A stretch of DNA of 32,000 nt from Candidatus Saccharimonadota bacterium (GCF_965196625.1 NZ_OZ239769.1:1126290-1158289), one strand, 5' to 3'. Counted from the first letter of the stretch, positions 16,913 to 25,875 are shown. Made by a program: numbers and translations. The notes: generated by a model from the sequence alone, not told the origin.

Positions 16913-19185
16913 TACTTTGGAAATTTTTTATAGCAGTAGTCATAGCGATTCCTATATACCTTTTTTCTGTTCAAGTTGACTTCTACAATTTGTATGGCAG
17001 CATGCCATCACCAGACCTACTAGAAAATCCACAAAGTGAATTAGCCTCTGAACTCTATGCTGCTGATGGCACCTTGCTAGGCAAATACTTTAGAAACAAC
17101 CGAAGCCCTGTAACCTACGAAGAAATTTCTCCCAATATGATTCATGCGCTTATCGCTTCGGAGGATTATCGTTTTGAAAAACATGCTGGTATAGATTTAC
17201 GTGGCTTATCACGTGCTTTTTTTCTTTCAATTGTATTGCAACAAAACAAAGGAGGGGGCAGTACCCTTACCCAACAATTGGCCAAAAATCTTTTTAACAT
17301 CAGAAAGGAGGTAAGCTATAGAGGCAAATGTTCCAATATTCCTTTACTCAGTAAACTAATCCTTAAAACGAAAGAATGGATTTTAGCGGTTCAACTCGAA
17401 CGTGCCTATACCAAAGAAGAAATTATAGCCATGTACCTGAACACCGTCACCTTTGGCAGCAATACATATGGCATTAAAGTAGCCGCACGCACCTTTTTTA
17501 ATAAAACACCAGCCGAATTGCGCGTAGAAGAGGCTGCGCTATTAGTAGGTCTATTGCGCGCACCTACACGCTATAGTCCTATAAAACACCCTAAAAGCGC
17601 CAACCATATTAGAAATGTAGTACTGTCCCAAATGGTTAAGTATGGTTTCCTGAAACAATCGGACTACGACCTTATTTGTGAAATACCTACTGAACTACAC
17701 TATCAAGAAGACAATTATGGAAACGGTATAGCACCTTATTTTAGAGCAGTAGTACGTGACTTTCTCTTAAAGTGGACACAAGAAAATGGCTATGACCTCT
17801 TTGCAGATGGGTTGCGCATTTATACTACTATTGATAGTCAAGTTCAAATACACGCAGAAGCTGCTTTAAAAGAACAAATGGCACGGCTGCAAAATAAATT
17901 TGATGACCACTGGAAAGATCAAAATCCATGGATTCATGAGAATGGAAAAGAAATAGCGGATTACATTGAAAAAGAAATAAAAAAAACACCACTTTATCAA
18001 AAACTACTGAAAGAATATGGAACAGACACCGAGTCGATCCATAAGGTATTGCATACACCTATACCTACCACATTATTTTCCTGGGAAGGCCCCATTCAAA
18101 AAATGATAACCCCTTTAGAAGCCTTTAAACATCATAGAAGAATATTACAAGCCGGATGTATGGCAATGGATCCCTATACCGGCCATATTAAAGCCTGGGT
18201 AGGTGGTATTGATTACAACTATTTTCAATATGATCATGTAAAACAAAGCAAACGCCAAACGGGTTCAACCTTTAAGCCTATAGTATATACAGTAGCATTA
18301 CAGAATGGTTACACGCCTACATATCTGGTTAGAGATGAGCCTGTTACTTTTTTACAGCCCAATGGAGAAACATGGACACCGCAAAATGCCTGGAAAAGTT
18401 ACTCTGGCAAGCAATATACACTGCGCCATGCTATGGCCAAATCGTATAATTCTATCACATCTTACCTAATTAAACACCTTACACCTCAACTGGTTGTAGA
18501 TTGTGCCAATAGAATGGGCATAAAAGGTCCTTTAGACCCCGTTCCTGCCATTTGTCTGGGTTGCAGTGATGCTTCTATTTATGAAATGGTAGGCGCATAT
18601 AGTACTTTCTTAAATCAAGGTGTTTGGACAGAGCCCTTTTTCATCACCCATATTGAAGATAAACATGGGAATACATTACAAACCTTTATACCACAACGCC
18701 ATGAAGCCATTCACAAAGATACAGCTGACCTTATGACCTATATGCTGCAGGGCTCACTAGATGAAGGGGCGCTAAAAGGTGTATCTAAAGCGCTAAGAGC
18801 AGACAATGATATCGCAGGAAAATCGGGCACTACTTCCAACCACTCAGATGGTTGGTTTATCGGGTTAACCCAAAACCTTTGCACAGGTGTTTGGGTAGGT
18901 GGAGAAGACCGTTGCATTCATTTTAGAGATTTCCACCTAGGACAAGGCAGCGCTACTGCCCGCCCTATATGGGAAAAATTCATTCTAAAGTTATATAATG
19001 ACCCGCATCTGCCTTACAAAAAAGGAGCTTTGATCACCAACCACACCTTATCTGAAAAGGTAAAAAATATGATACAAAGCAAACCAAAGCCTCCCGAAGC
19101 TACCGATGCAACCAATGGCTCATCAACGAATATAGAAAATAAAAAGAAAGCAGCCATAGAACTAGATATAGATAAAATACTTTAA
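16894..19185 (+). CDS. mrcA: Class A penicillin-binding protein 1A (bifunctional glycosyltransferase GT51 / transpeptidase)
   Basis: 763 aa with an N-terminal TM anchor. GT51 motifs are SEDYRFEKHAGID, GGSTLTQQLAKN and TKEW..QLE..YTKEEII.MYLN. Transpeptidase motifs are STFKP, SYN and KSGTT. Confidence 0.92.
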   Translation: MERLIHILWKFFIAVVIAIPIYLFSVQVDFYNLYGSMPSPDLLENPQSELASELYAADGTLLGKYFRNNRSPVTYEEISPNMIHALIASEDYRFEKHAGIDLRGLSRAFFLSIVLQQNKGGGSTLTQQLAKNLFNIRKEVSYRGKCSNIPLLSKLILKTKEWILAVQLERAYTKEEIIAMYLNTVTFGSNTYGIKVAARTFFNKTPAELRVEEAALLVGLLRAPTRYSPIKHPKSANHIRNVVLSQMVKYGFLKQSDYDLICEIPTELHYQEDNYGNGIAPYFRAVVRDFLLKWTQENGYDLFADGLRIYTTIDSQVQIHAEAALKEQMARLQNKFDDHWKDQNPWIHENGKEIADYIEKEIKKTPLYQKLLKEYGTDTESIHKVLHTPIPTTLFSWEGPIQKMITPLEAFKHHRRILQAGCMAMDPYTGHIKAWVGGIDYNYFQYDHVKQSKRQTGSTFKPIVYTVALQNGYTPTYLVRDEPVTFLQPNGETWTPQNAWKSYSGKQYTLRHAMAKSYNSITSYLIKHLTPQLVVDCANRMGIKGPLDPVPAICLGCSDASIYEMVGAYSTFLNQGVWTEPFFITHIEDKHGNTLQTFIPQRHEAIHKDTADLMTYMLQGSLDEGALKGVSKALRADNDIAGKSGTTSNHSDGWFIGLTQNLCTGVWVGGEDRCIHFRDFHLGQGSATARPIWEKFILKLYNDPHLPYKKGALITNHTLSEKVKNMIQSKPKPPEATDATNGSSTNIENKKKAAIELDIDKIL

Positions 19186-19305
19186 AATAGCCTATTAAGG
19201 AAAGTCTAGCCTAGTACAGAGATGCAAATGGATGGTTAGCATAGGCTACCGCCCATGGCCGCCGATAAAAAGCTTACCCCCCTCCCTACAGTTGCATAGG
19301 CCCTT

Positions 19306-20340
19306 TTAGGATGCTTTGCTTTTAAATCTTTTTTGAATCCATTTAGGCAGCAACATCGCTCCTAGCATCAAATAGAGGTAGAAAGTCGACATGCGCCATA
19401 ACAAAGCGATTAGTAAAGTGTAATCACCTAACATAGGCTCAAAAAACCGCTGAAACCAGAACTCTGCGATCCCACTCCCACCTGGAGAAACCGGCACCAA
19501 CATCAGCGCCCACATCACAATCTGTTTGCCGAAAATAGCCAAGTGTTGGCTAAAAGAAACAGGACAATAAGCAGCCATCAAACAATTCATTAACATATAC
19601 CGAACCACCCAGGTTAAAAAGGTACAGATTAACATTTTAGACCAAAAAAGAGGAGATTTCCCCCTAAACTCATGTGAAGTAACCATTATATCCTTGCTAA
19701 GCTGATAAGCAGGTCGACGCCATCGCTTTAAGAAACCAATACTGGTCACATGGATTAAAATCCACTTTAATAACTTAGGATTTACAAAAACACTAATGAC
19801 CATAACCAAGTTATAGGCAAAGAAAAAAGCATACATAATAAAAAAGAAGGCTTTTATGCTACTACTTAATTGGCCGCCCATAGCAAAAATGGATTCATAT
19901 GCCCCTCCTAAACCGAATGAACCAGCTAAAAGAAAGAAAAGATTATCCATAATACCAGTCACAACAATATAGGCAACGGATCTACCGAGTGATAATCCTT
20001 CTTTAGACAAAAGAAAAATGGCAACCAACCCTCCCCCTACTACTGATGGGGTTACCGCAGTGCCAAACTCCCAAAGCATGGCAACATAGCAACAACTCGT
20101 CCAAGGCAATCTATTGCTGCTCAAGATCCGTAACCTATAGATATGGCCAACTTCTCGCAACAAAATAGAAAGAAAAGCCATATACAAATAGTTCCAATTG
20201 GGTTTGCTTAATAAGGCAACTACTTCAAGTGAAATTTTACCAGATCTGTAAAATAAAAATCCTGTAATCGCTAACCCACATACTATAGGGAACCATACTT
20301 TTTTAACATTCAGTGTTTTAAGTGCTTCTTGAGCATCCAT
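19306..20340 (-). CDS. Polytopic membrane protein, probably of the UPF0104 / lysylphosphatidylglycerol-synthase-TM-region (flippase-like) family
   Basis: 344 aa with about 8 predicted hydrophobic segments. The N-terminal layout (K..W.PI..GL.I..F.FY; R..R) resembles flippase-like domain proteins as I recall them. Confidence 0.45.
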   Translation of the reverse strand: MDAQEALKTLNVKKVWFPIVCGLAITGFLFYRSGKISLEVVALLSKPNWNYLYMAFLSILLREVGHIYRLRILSSNRLPWTSCCYVAMLWEFGTAVTPSVVGGGLVAIFLLSKEGLSLGRSVAYIVVTGIMDNLFFLLAGSFGLGGAYESIFAMGGQLSSSIKAFFFIMYAFFFAYNLVMVISVFVNPKLLKWILIHVTSIGFLKRWRRPAYQLSKDIMVTSHEFRGKSPLFWSKMLICTFLTWVVRYMLMNCLMAAYCPVSFSQHLAIFGKQIVMWALMLVPVSPGGSGIAEFWFQRFFEPMLGDYTLLIALLWRMSTFYLYLMLGAMLLPKWIQKRFKSKAS

Positions 20341-20358
20341 ATGCGTCTAATGATTAAT

Positions 20359-20682
20359 TTAATTGGGTTCAGATAGGTCTGTATGTGTGGTTACCCCTTT
20401 CACAGCAGGAACCCTGAAATAATTTGAATCACTGCTAGGCGCAAGCGCTAAGGCATCTTTATGTGAAAGCAAATTGCATACAATATCTGAACGCAAATCA
20501 GTAGATTCTAATTTAGAAGATTCTTCTAAAACAAGATTATTGTCCACATCCAGTTCATCTAATTGGTTTACCCAATCTACCATTGCATTTAAGTCATGCA
20601 GCATGGTGTCCCGTTCATGGGGCGGCAATTCAAGACGACAAAGGTATGCCAATTTATTTAAAAGGTCGTTGTCAATGATCAT
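20359..20682 (-). CDS. gatC: Asp-tRNA(Asn)/Glu-tRNA(Gln) amidotransferase subunit C
   Basis: 107 aa. The sequence MIIDNDLLNKLAYLCRLELPPHERDTMLHDLNAMVDWVNQLDELDV is typical of GatC. Confidence 0.8.
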   Translation of the reverse strand: MIIDNDLLNKLAYLCRLELPPHERDTMLHDLNAMVDWVNQLDELDVDNNLVLEESSKLESTDLRSDIVCNLLSHKDALALAPSSDSNYFRVPAVKGVTTHTDLSEPN

Positions 20683-20737
20683 TTGTGCACGAAATAAAAA
20701 AGTTTCACGAAAGGTAAAAGTCGTCTATACATTTTTA

Positions 20738-21502
20738 TCATTTTGAACCAATAAAGCGAGTAGCACGGGACGACAATAATAAAACGATAATATCTTTCCT
20801 TGCAGCATCCACACAGTCTAATGGGGTTTTACGCTCATTATCTTTTTTCTCTATATCCGCACCTGCGTGTAGCAGTATACCCACTACATCTTTGTTTGCA
20901 TCTTTGTTTGCATCTTTGTTCTGTACTGCGTAATGCAATGGGGTACAACCATTACGATCTTTTGCATTTGGATCCAAGCCTAACCTCAGTAACTGCTCCA
21001 CTATTTTGTCACTTTTTTCATCTTTGCTATCTTTTTCATCTTTTAATACAGCTGCAAAGTGCAATAAGGTTTTTCCATCATAACCGCGAAGCTTTAGCAT
21101 GTTTAATGCTATTGCTTTTTGAATTACCTTACGGATAGCAGATAGATTTAGATTAGGTGCATGGTATGCCCAATCTAAGGCTATCCAGTCATCCATATCT
21201 TTGGCATCTATCTTTGCACCTCCTTCAAGCAACGCCTTAATAATATCTCCTTTTCTATCGTAAAAACAGGCCCAATCTAAGGGACGCCGACCATAGACAT
21301 CTGGTGCATTGGGATCTGCACCTTGAGCCAAACGTTCCTTAACCTTTTCAAGTTTACCTGTTTTCACAGCTGAAATCAGCGTATACTTGCCTGGTTCTTC
21401 TTTAGCACTTTCACAACTGCTTCCTTGCAAGCAGCAAAAAATTAAAACCCATAAAGCAAGATGGTGCATAGCATAGCAATAAAATAAATAGGCCCTACCC
21501 AT
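20738..21502 (-). CDS. Signal-peptide ankyrin-repeat protein
   Basis: 254 aa. ANK units include GRRPLDWACFY..IIKALLEGGAKIDAKD, GKTLLHFAAV..IVEQLLRLGLDPNAKD and NGCTPLHYAV..VVGILLHAGADIEKKD. A hydrophobic leader MHHLALWVLIFCCLQGSSC suggests the real start is the ATG at 21469. Confidence 0.85.
   Translation of the reverse strand: MGRAYLFYCYAMHHLALWVLIFCCLQGSSCESAKEEPGKYTLISAVKTGKLEKVKERLAQGADPNAPDVYGRRPLDWACFYDRKGDIIKALLEGGAKIDAKDMDDWIALDWAYHAPNLNLSAIRKVIQKAIALNMLKLRGYDGKTLLHFAAVLKDEKDSKDEKSDKIVEQLLRLGLDPNAKDRNGCTPLHYAVQNKDANKDANKDVVGILLHAGADIEKKDNERKTPLDCVDAARKDIIVLLLSSRATRFIGSK
20887..20920. repeat. 12-bp in-frame tandem repeat (about 2.8 copies) inside the ankyrin gene
   Basis: The plus strand reads CATCTTTGTTTG CATCTTTGTTTG CATCTTTGTT, which encodes (KDAN)n on the minus strand within an ANK loop. 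Confidence 0.9.
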
Positions 21503-21558
21503 GGAATAGAATGACTATGAACATGATACAAACACTTACTAGCCTTCTATGGATTCAA

Positions 21559-22788
21559 CTAAATAACATCTACAACCTCAACCTCAAAGATTAGAATGGC
21601 ATTTTTAGGAATCTTGTTCTCCCTACCCTGTGGACCATAAGCTAAAGCAGATGGTATAAAAAAACGTGCTTTTTCATGCTGCTTCAGCAATAATAAACCC
21701 TCATCCCATCCTTGAATAACCTGGCCACTACCTACCTGAAATTCAAATGGCTGGTAGGTTCTTCTCGCATCATAACAACCATTCGCTTTGGCAATTTCCT
21801 CTACACTGGTATCAAAAACAGTACCATCTAATAGCCTACCTGTGTAATGGACTTTAACGGTCTTACCCTTAGCAACAGGTATACCCTCTGAAGATTGATC
21901 AATAATATAAAAAAGCCCAGAATCAGTTGAAGTAGCTTCAATATGATGCGCAGCTAAATAATCGGTAATAAGCTTTTTATCTTTGGCTAGTTGTGTAGCA
22001 CGATCTGCCGCTAGCATTTCTTGGTATGATGCATCAGTCATAATCTTATCTAATTTAATATCGGTTACTACTTCATCCTCTTTATTTAAATTGAGCTGCT
22101 TTAAAAACTGCTCCAAACGTTCTGGATCTTTTTCTTGCAGAAAGTATTCAGGCCTGCATTTAAAAACCATTCGCTGCCCTTCTTTCATCATACCTATCAT
22201 TTCAGGTATGGACATATTGTTTGCTTGAAAAGATTGATCAAATCGAAAGAAAGTAGGTATTTGTGCATTTATTAATATCCTTGCCTCAAACTTATATTTT
22301 TTTACTTGCTTAGGGCTGCTTTGCGTACCTGCTTCGGCTGCTTTAGGACTACTTTGCGCATCTTGCGCTGTTGCCTTAGGCGTCTCTTGCTTGTCTGCTT
22401 TTTCTGCTTCAGGGCTACTTTGTGCATCTTGCGCTGCTACCTTAGAGCTACCTTGCTGATCTGCTGCTCCTTCTTCAGGGCTACTTTGCGCATCTTGCGC
22501 TGTTGCCTTAGGCGTCTCTTGCTTATCTACTTCCGCTGCTTCAGGGCTACTTTGCGGATCTTGCGCTTCTACTTTAGTTATTACCTTCGTAACAAGCGTG
22601 AGCTGGACCCATTCACCATCTTTTACTTTCCTGCCGTTGCCTTTATGCCCTATAGATTTATAGGAAAGACCAGATGGAGTAGTGAGAAAAGGATAGCCAT
22701 AAGAATGGTATTGATGATTGTACCAAACCAGTCCCATAACGAGCACCAATAATATCCAAGCGCATACTACTTTACGTTTCATTTTCAT
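21559..22788 (-). CDS. FKBP-type peptidyl-prolyl cis-trans isomerase, membrane-anchored or exported, with a repeat-rich insertion
   Basis: 409 aa. The C-terminal FKBP domain is canonical: VKVHYTGRLLDGTVFDTS..PFEFQVGSGQVIQGWDEGLLLLKQHEKARFFIPSALAYGPQG. An N-terminal FKBP-like start (TPSGLSYKSIGHKGNGRKVKDGEWVQL) is interrupted by a ~90-aa A/Q/S/P/E/K repeat. Confidence 0.88.
   Translation of the reverse strand: MKMKRKVVCAWILLVLVMGLVWYNHQYHSYGYPFLTTPSGLSYKSIGHKGNGRKVKDGEWVQLTLVTKVITKVEAQDPQSSPEAAEVDKQETPKATAQDAQSSPEEGAADQQGSSKVAAQDAQSSPEAEKADKQETPKATAQDAQSSPKAAEAGTQSSPKQVKKYKFEARILINAQIPTFFRFDQSFQANNMSIPEMIGMMKEGQRMVFKCRPEYFLQEKDPERLEQFLKQLNLNKEDEVVTDIKLDKIMTDASYQEMLAADRATQLAKDKKLITDYLAAHHIEATSTDSGLFYIIDQSSEGIPVAKGKTVKVHYTGRLLDGTVFDTSVEEIAKANGCYDARRTYQPFEFQVGSGQVIQGWDEGLLLLKQHEKARFFIPSALAYGPQGRENKIPKNAILIFEVEVVDVI
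22311..22568. repeat. Tandem coding repeat, ~66-bp unit x ~4 (higher-order ~132 bp x 2)
   Basis: The near-identical stretch CTACTTTGCGCATCTTGCGCTGTTGCCTTAGGCGTCTCTTGCTT occurs at ~22351 and ~22482. The region encodes AQDAQSSPE..KQETPKAT units on the minus strand. Boundaries are approximate. Confidence 0.85.
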
Positions 22789-22797
22789 ATGATTAAA

Positions 22798-23865
22798 TTA
22801 AAAATTAAATTGAGGATGAAGGTCTTGCAATATTTTTTCAAATCGATCGACTGTTTCAGTTAAACTTAAATGGGAAATACCCCCTGCAGCATTTTTATGC
22901 CCCCCGCCATTAAAGTATTTTTTTGCGATTAAATTGGCTGGCACATCGCCAACAGATCGAAGAGAAAGATATACAAGCTCATCTTTTTCCTTTAAAACAG
23001 CAGCTAATGATATTCCTTTTAACGAAAGTCCATAATCTACTAGTCCTTCGGTATCGCCACTTTTTAAATCATATCTTTTATAATCCTCTTTTTGAATAAC
23101 AAAGTAGGCCACATGCAAAGCTGATAGCACAACCAAACGCTGACTCACTGCAAAACCAAAAAAATGCAACCTATTGAGGGGCTGATTGCCATAAATAAGC
23201 CGTTGTACCCTAAAGGTATCTACGCCATATTCTATCAAATCAGCTGCAATGCGATGGGTTATAGGTCTAGTATTTGGATTTTTAAAGGAGCTGGTATCGG
23301 TTACAAGACCAGCATACAAACAAGTGGCAACGGGAGGGGTTATCTTGTCTTTCTGATCCAATGCTTCAAAAATTTGAAACAATACTTCGGCGCTAGCAGC
23401 TGCTTTAGGATCCCATAATAAAAGATCTGCAAAACTTTCTGGCTCTGTATGGTGGTCAACAATAACCTTAAAAGCATCAGATTGGTCCAATATATATGCC
23501 GACTCATCCAAACGACTAGCAGCAGAGAAATCCACACAAAAAAGGAGATCTACATCCTTGATCTGGGCCAACAGGGCTTCTTGTGTATAGTGGGCAGCTA
23601 CTATTACAGTGTCTATCCCAGGTAGCCAAGATAGAAAAGTAGGGTATCCGGTTGGCGCAATTACATGGACAAAATGGCCCTGCGCCCTTAAGAATAAAGC
23701 CAAAGCTAAGGAAGTCCCAAGTGCATCGCCGTCAGGCCTAGCATGCATGACTACGGCAACCTGCTTAGGGCTAGCTAAGTGCTTTTTTAGAATAGATATA
23801 TCGTACATATACAAGAAATCTAATAAAAATTTATGATATGGAAAAATTAATTTGCTTATAACCAC
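22798..23865 (-). CDS. nrnA: DHH/DHHA1 family phosphoesterase (NrnA-like oligoribonuclease / pAp phosphatase)
   Basis: 355 aa. Motifs present are HARPDGDALGTSLAL, VDFS, VIVDHHTEPE, GLVTDTSSF and the DHHA1 motif GGGHKNAAGG. The likely true start is the ATG at 23808 (MYDISILKKHL...). Confidence 0.85.
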   Translation of the reverse strand: MVISKLIFPYHKFLLDFLYMYDISILKKHLASPKQVAVVMHARPDGDALGTSLALALFLRAQGHFVHVIAPTGYPTFLSWLPGIDTVIVAAHYTQEALLAQIKDVDLLFCVDFSAASRLDESAYILDQSDAFKVIVDHHTEPESFADLLLWDPKAAASAEVLFQIFEALDQKDKITPPVATCLYAGLVTDTSSFKNPNTRPITHRIAADLIEYGVDTFRVQRLIYGNQPLNRLHFFGFAVSQRLVVLSALHVAYFVIQKEDYKRYDLKSGDTEGLVDYGLSLKGISLAAVLKEKDELVYLSLRSVGDVPANLIAKKYFNGGGHKNAAGGISHLSLTETVDRFEKILQDLHPQFNF

Positions 23866-23900
23866 ATGTTTATTAAAAGCATAATGGCTAAAGCAATAAA

Positions 23901-23956
23901 TAACACCTACTTAAGCAGGATAGCTATCAGGAGATAGCTACGCACCGTAGGTGTTA
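23901..23956 (-). terminator. Two-tier hairpin downstream of ppiD-like and upstream of nrnA-like
   Basis: The outer 10-bp stem pairs TAACACCTAC (23901-23910) with GTAGGTGTTA (23947-23956). The inner 8-bp stem pairs TAGCTATC (23921-23928) with GATAGCTA (23933-23940) across the loop AGGA. On the minus strand it is followed by TTTATTGCTT. Confidence 0.35.
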
Positions 23957-24066
23957 TGACCATTGGTTCAATTTTAAAATTAACCTGGCTAGATTGGATT
24001 ATTCCATGTCAATTCGGTTTTATTAAAGTAGCAATGGTAGAGCATGGCTATGAAAAACAAACTAGC

Positions 24067-25875
24067 TTATTCAACTTTATACCTTTCATCGGTAACCTGT
24101 GCCAACTCCTCCATAGCACTACCTATGTAATAGGGTTGCATCGCCCGCTCTATCTCTCTCATTTGATCATTAGACTTTTCTGGTGTGGCTGCGCAATCTT
24201 TACTTTTTACAGAAGCAATAAAGATACCTTTCTCATCAATAATCGGATCACTCATAACATTTAACTTTAAACCAAAACATTTTCCTACAAAAGTTTTGGC
24301 CCGCTTAAGGTGGGGAAGATCATTGTCTAAAAAGCGCAACGCTTCTACCGATTGTATGGCTGCACCCTCACCATACTGTTCTGCAATACCTTGCAACGTA
24401 GTAGCTTCAATTTGTTTAAGCTTATCTAAAATTATTTTGGCTTTTTCTTCATGAAGCACTTTCTGATATACTTTTCGGAAAACAGCATCTAAAGGCAACA
24501 AGTCACCTGCTTTTACTTGATCTACCATAACAGCCAATAGATAGGCATCCCCCAAATCAAAAAGCGGAGAAGCCTTACCTACAGTAGCTTCATTATACAA
24601 CCAGCGGACTACCTTTCGAGCAGATGTATGGGCACCGATAGAAACATCAGATGGAGCAACGGTCTCTTTTTGGATGGTTAAATGGGCATTAGCAGCCAAT
24701 TGCTCAAAGTCAACGGATTTTTTTACTGAACTTGTCAGATCTTGTATTTTCTTAAGATGGTTATTGCGCGTATGGCCACCTACGATAGGTTTTTTCTCAA
24801 TGGAGGCAATTTCATAATTGCCTTTCTCTGCTTTAACCAGCTTATACAAGGTATGAAAGGAATCATTGACCACAGGCCCTACCACCATACCCTCCTTTAG
24901 TGTATGCTTTATGGCTGTAAAGGCATCAGGTAATGTATCAGCTGTACAGACCAAACGGGTAGCTGAAAGCGTGCCATCTGTATGCGTTTTAGCAAAAGCA
25001 TAGGGGTCCGGTGAAGTGGAAAATTGCACAACAAGTGTGCTTAACTCTTTTTGAAAATCAGCATTATCTTTTTCATCTGGTTCAATAGGAAAAACAATAT
25101 AATGGATGGTTCTGCTTTCGGATAAAGCGGTATAGTGGTTTTTATGCGCAGCCATATAATCTCGCAATTGCTGATTGGTCAGTGGCACCAAATCATCTTT
25201 AACCGAACTAAAAGGAATGTAAAGATAATCAACACTACAAAGCAGTCGAGCATGCTGTGCAGCTTGCTCCACCTCTGATGCGGTAGTAAAGTAACTTTGT
25301 ACCATCAATTGGTGTAACTTTTTTTGGGCCCTTTTTAGGGCAAACCCTTTTTCAACCTCACACCACCATGCTTGTTCATCTTTAGATAAATTACTCAGAT
25401 AGGTTAATAATTTTTGCTTATCAAATGCAGCTGTTTCAGGATCCTTAAAAGCCGCTACAAGTTCCGGATCAATATGTTCACCCTGGACCAAATCGACCAA
25501 TTCTTGGGTACCTACGGAAAGACCAGCTTGCTCTATTTCTTTCATATAAAGCATGCACTGAATCAACTGATGCCAGGCATGGTCCTTGACACGCATCTGA
25601 TCCTCTGCTGTTGGCTGCCTGCCTTGGCTGGCCCAATTACGATAGATGGTTTCATACGCTTTATGGTAATCCATATAGCTGATTTTTGAACCAAAAAGCT
25701 TGCCAATTTGACCTTTGCTACTAAAAAGATAAGGAATCACACGGGCCAACCCATCCCCCAAAAACATGATGACCAAAAAGGAAACCACCATAACTACAAA
25801 AGTATTGCCCGTCTTTCTAATATTTCTAAGAATTGCCATGTATATAAACCATTTAAATGTAGACCCTCGCCACAA
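24067..25875 (-). CDS. ppiD: PpiD-like periplasmic chaperone / peptidyl-prolyl isomerase family protein
   Basis: 602 aa. The typical N-terminus MAILRNIRKTGNTFVVMVVSFLVIMFLG begins at the ATG at 25839, which is the likely true start. It continues as a SurA-N-like chaperone region with a degenerate parvulin-like middle. Confidence 0.75.
   Translation of the reverse strand: MWRGSTFKWFIYMAILRNIRKTGNTFVVMVVSFLVIMFLGDGLARVIPYLFSSKGQIGKLFGSKISYMDYHKAYETIYRNWASQGRQPTAEDQMRVKDHAWHQLIQCMLYMKEIEQAGLSVGTQELVDLVQGEHIDPELVAAFKDPETAAFDKQKLLTYLSNLSKDEQAWWCEVEKGFALKRAQKKLHQLMVQSYFTTASEVEQAAQHARLLCSVDYLYIPFSSVKDDLVPLTNQQLRDYMAAHKNHYTALSESRTIHYIVFPIEPDEKDNADFQKELSTLVVQFSTSPDPYAFAKTHTDGTLSATRLVCTADTLPDAFTAIKHTLKEGMVVGPVVNDSFHTLYKLVKAEKGNYEIASIEKKPIVGGHTRNNHLKKIQDLTSSVKKSVDFEQLAANAHLTIQKETVAPSDVSIGAHTSARKVVRWLYNEATVGKASPLFDLGDAYLLAVMVDQVKAGDLLPLDAVFRKVYQKVLHEEKAKIILDKLKQIEATTLQGIAEQYGEGAAIQSVEALRFLDNDLPHLKRAKTFVGKCFGLKLNVMSDPIIDEKGIFIASVKSKDCAATPEKSNDQMREIERAMQPYYIGSAMEELAQVTDERYKVE

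Noticed and set aside
16731-16979. 82-aa ORF spanning repeat R2 and the PBP1A start
   Set aside because: It lies within the duplicated non-coding leader and out of frame with PBP1A. The equivalent stretch in R1 is not maintained as an ORF. It is most likely non-coding.
19186-19305. AAGGAAAGTCTAGCC (19198-12), reminiscent of the RNase P RNA GGAAAGTCC motif, plus an 8-bp inverted repeat TAGCCTAT/ATAGGCTA (19188-19195 / 19241-19248)
   Set aside because: The intergenic gap is only 120 bp, far too short for RNase P RNA, and the motif is imperfect. It is probably just a convergent-gene spacer with a loose stem-loop.
22306-22752. 148-aa Cys/Arg/Leu-rich ORF antisense to the FKBP gene. The periodic repeats were also considered as a possible CRISPR-like array.
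   Set aside because: The ORF is an artefact of the 66-bp tandem coding repeat read on the opposite strand. The repeats are contiguous with no unique spacers and in frame within a recognisable FKBP gene, so this is not a CRISPR array.
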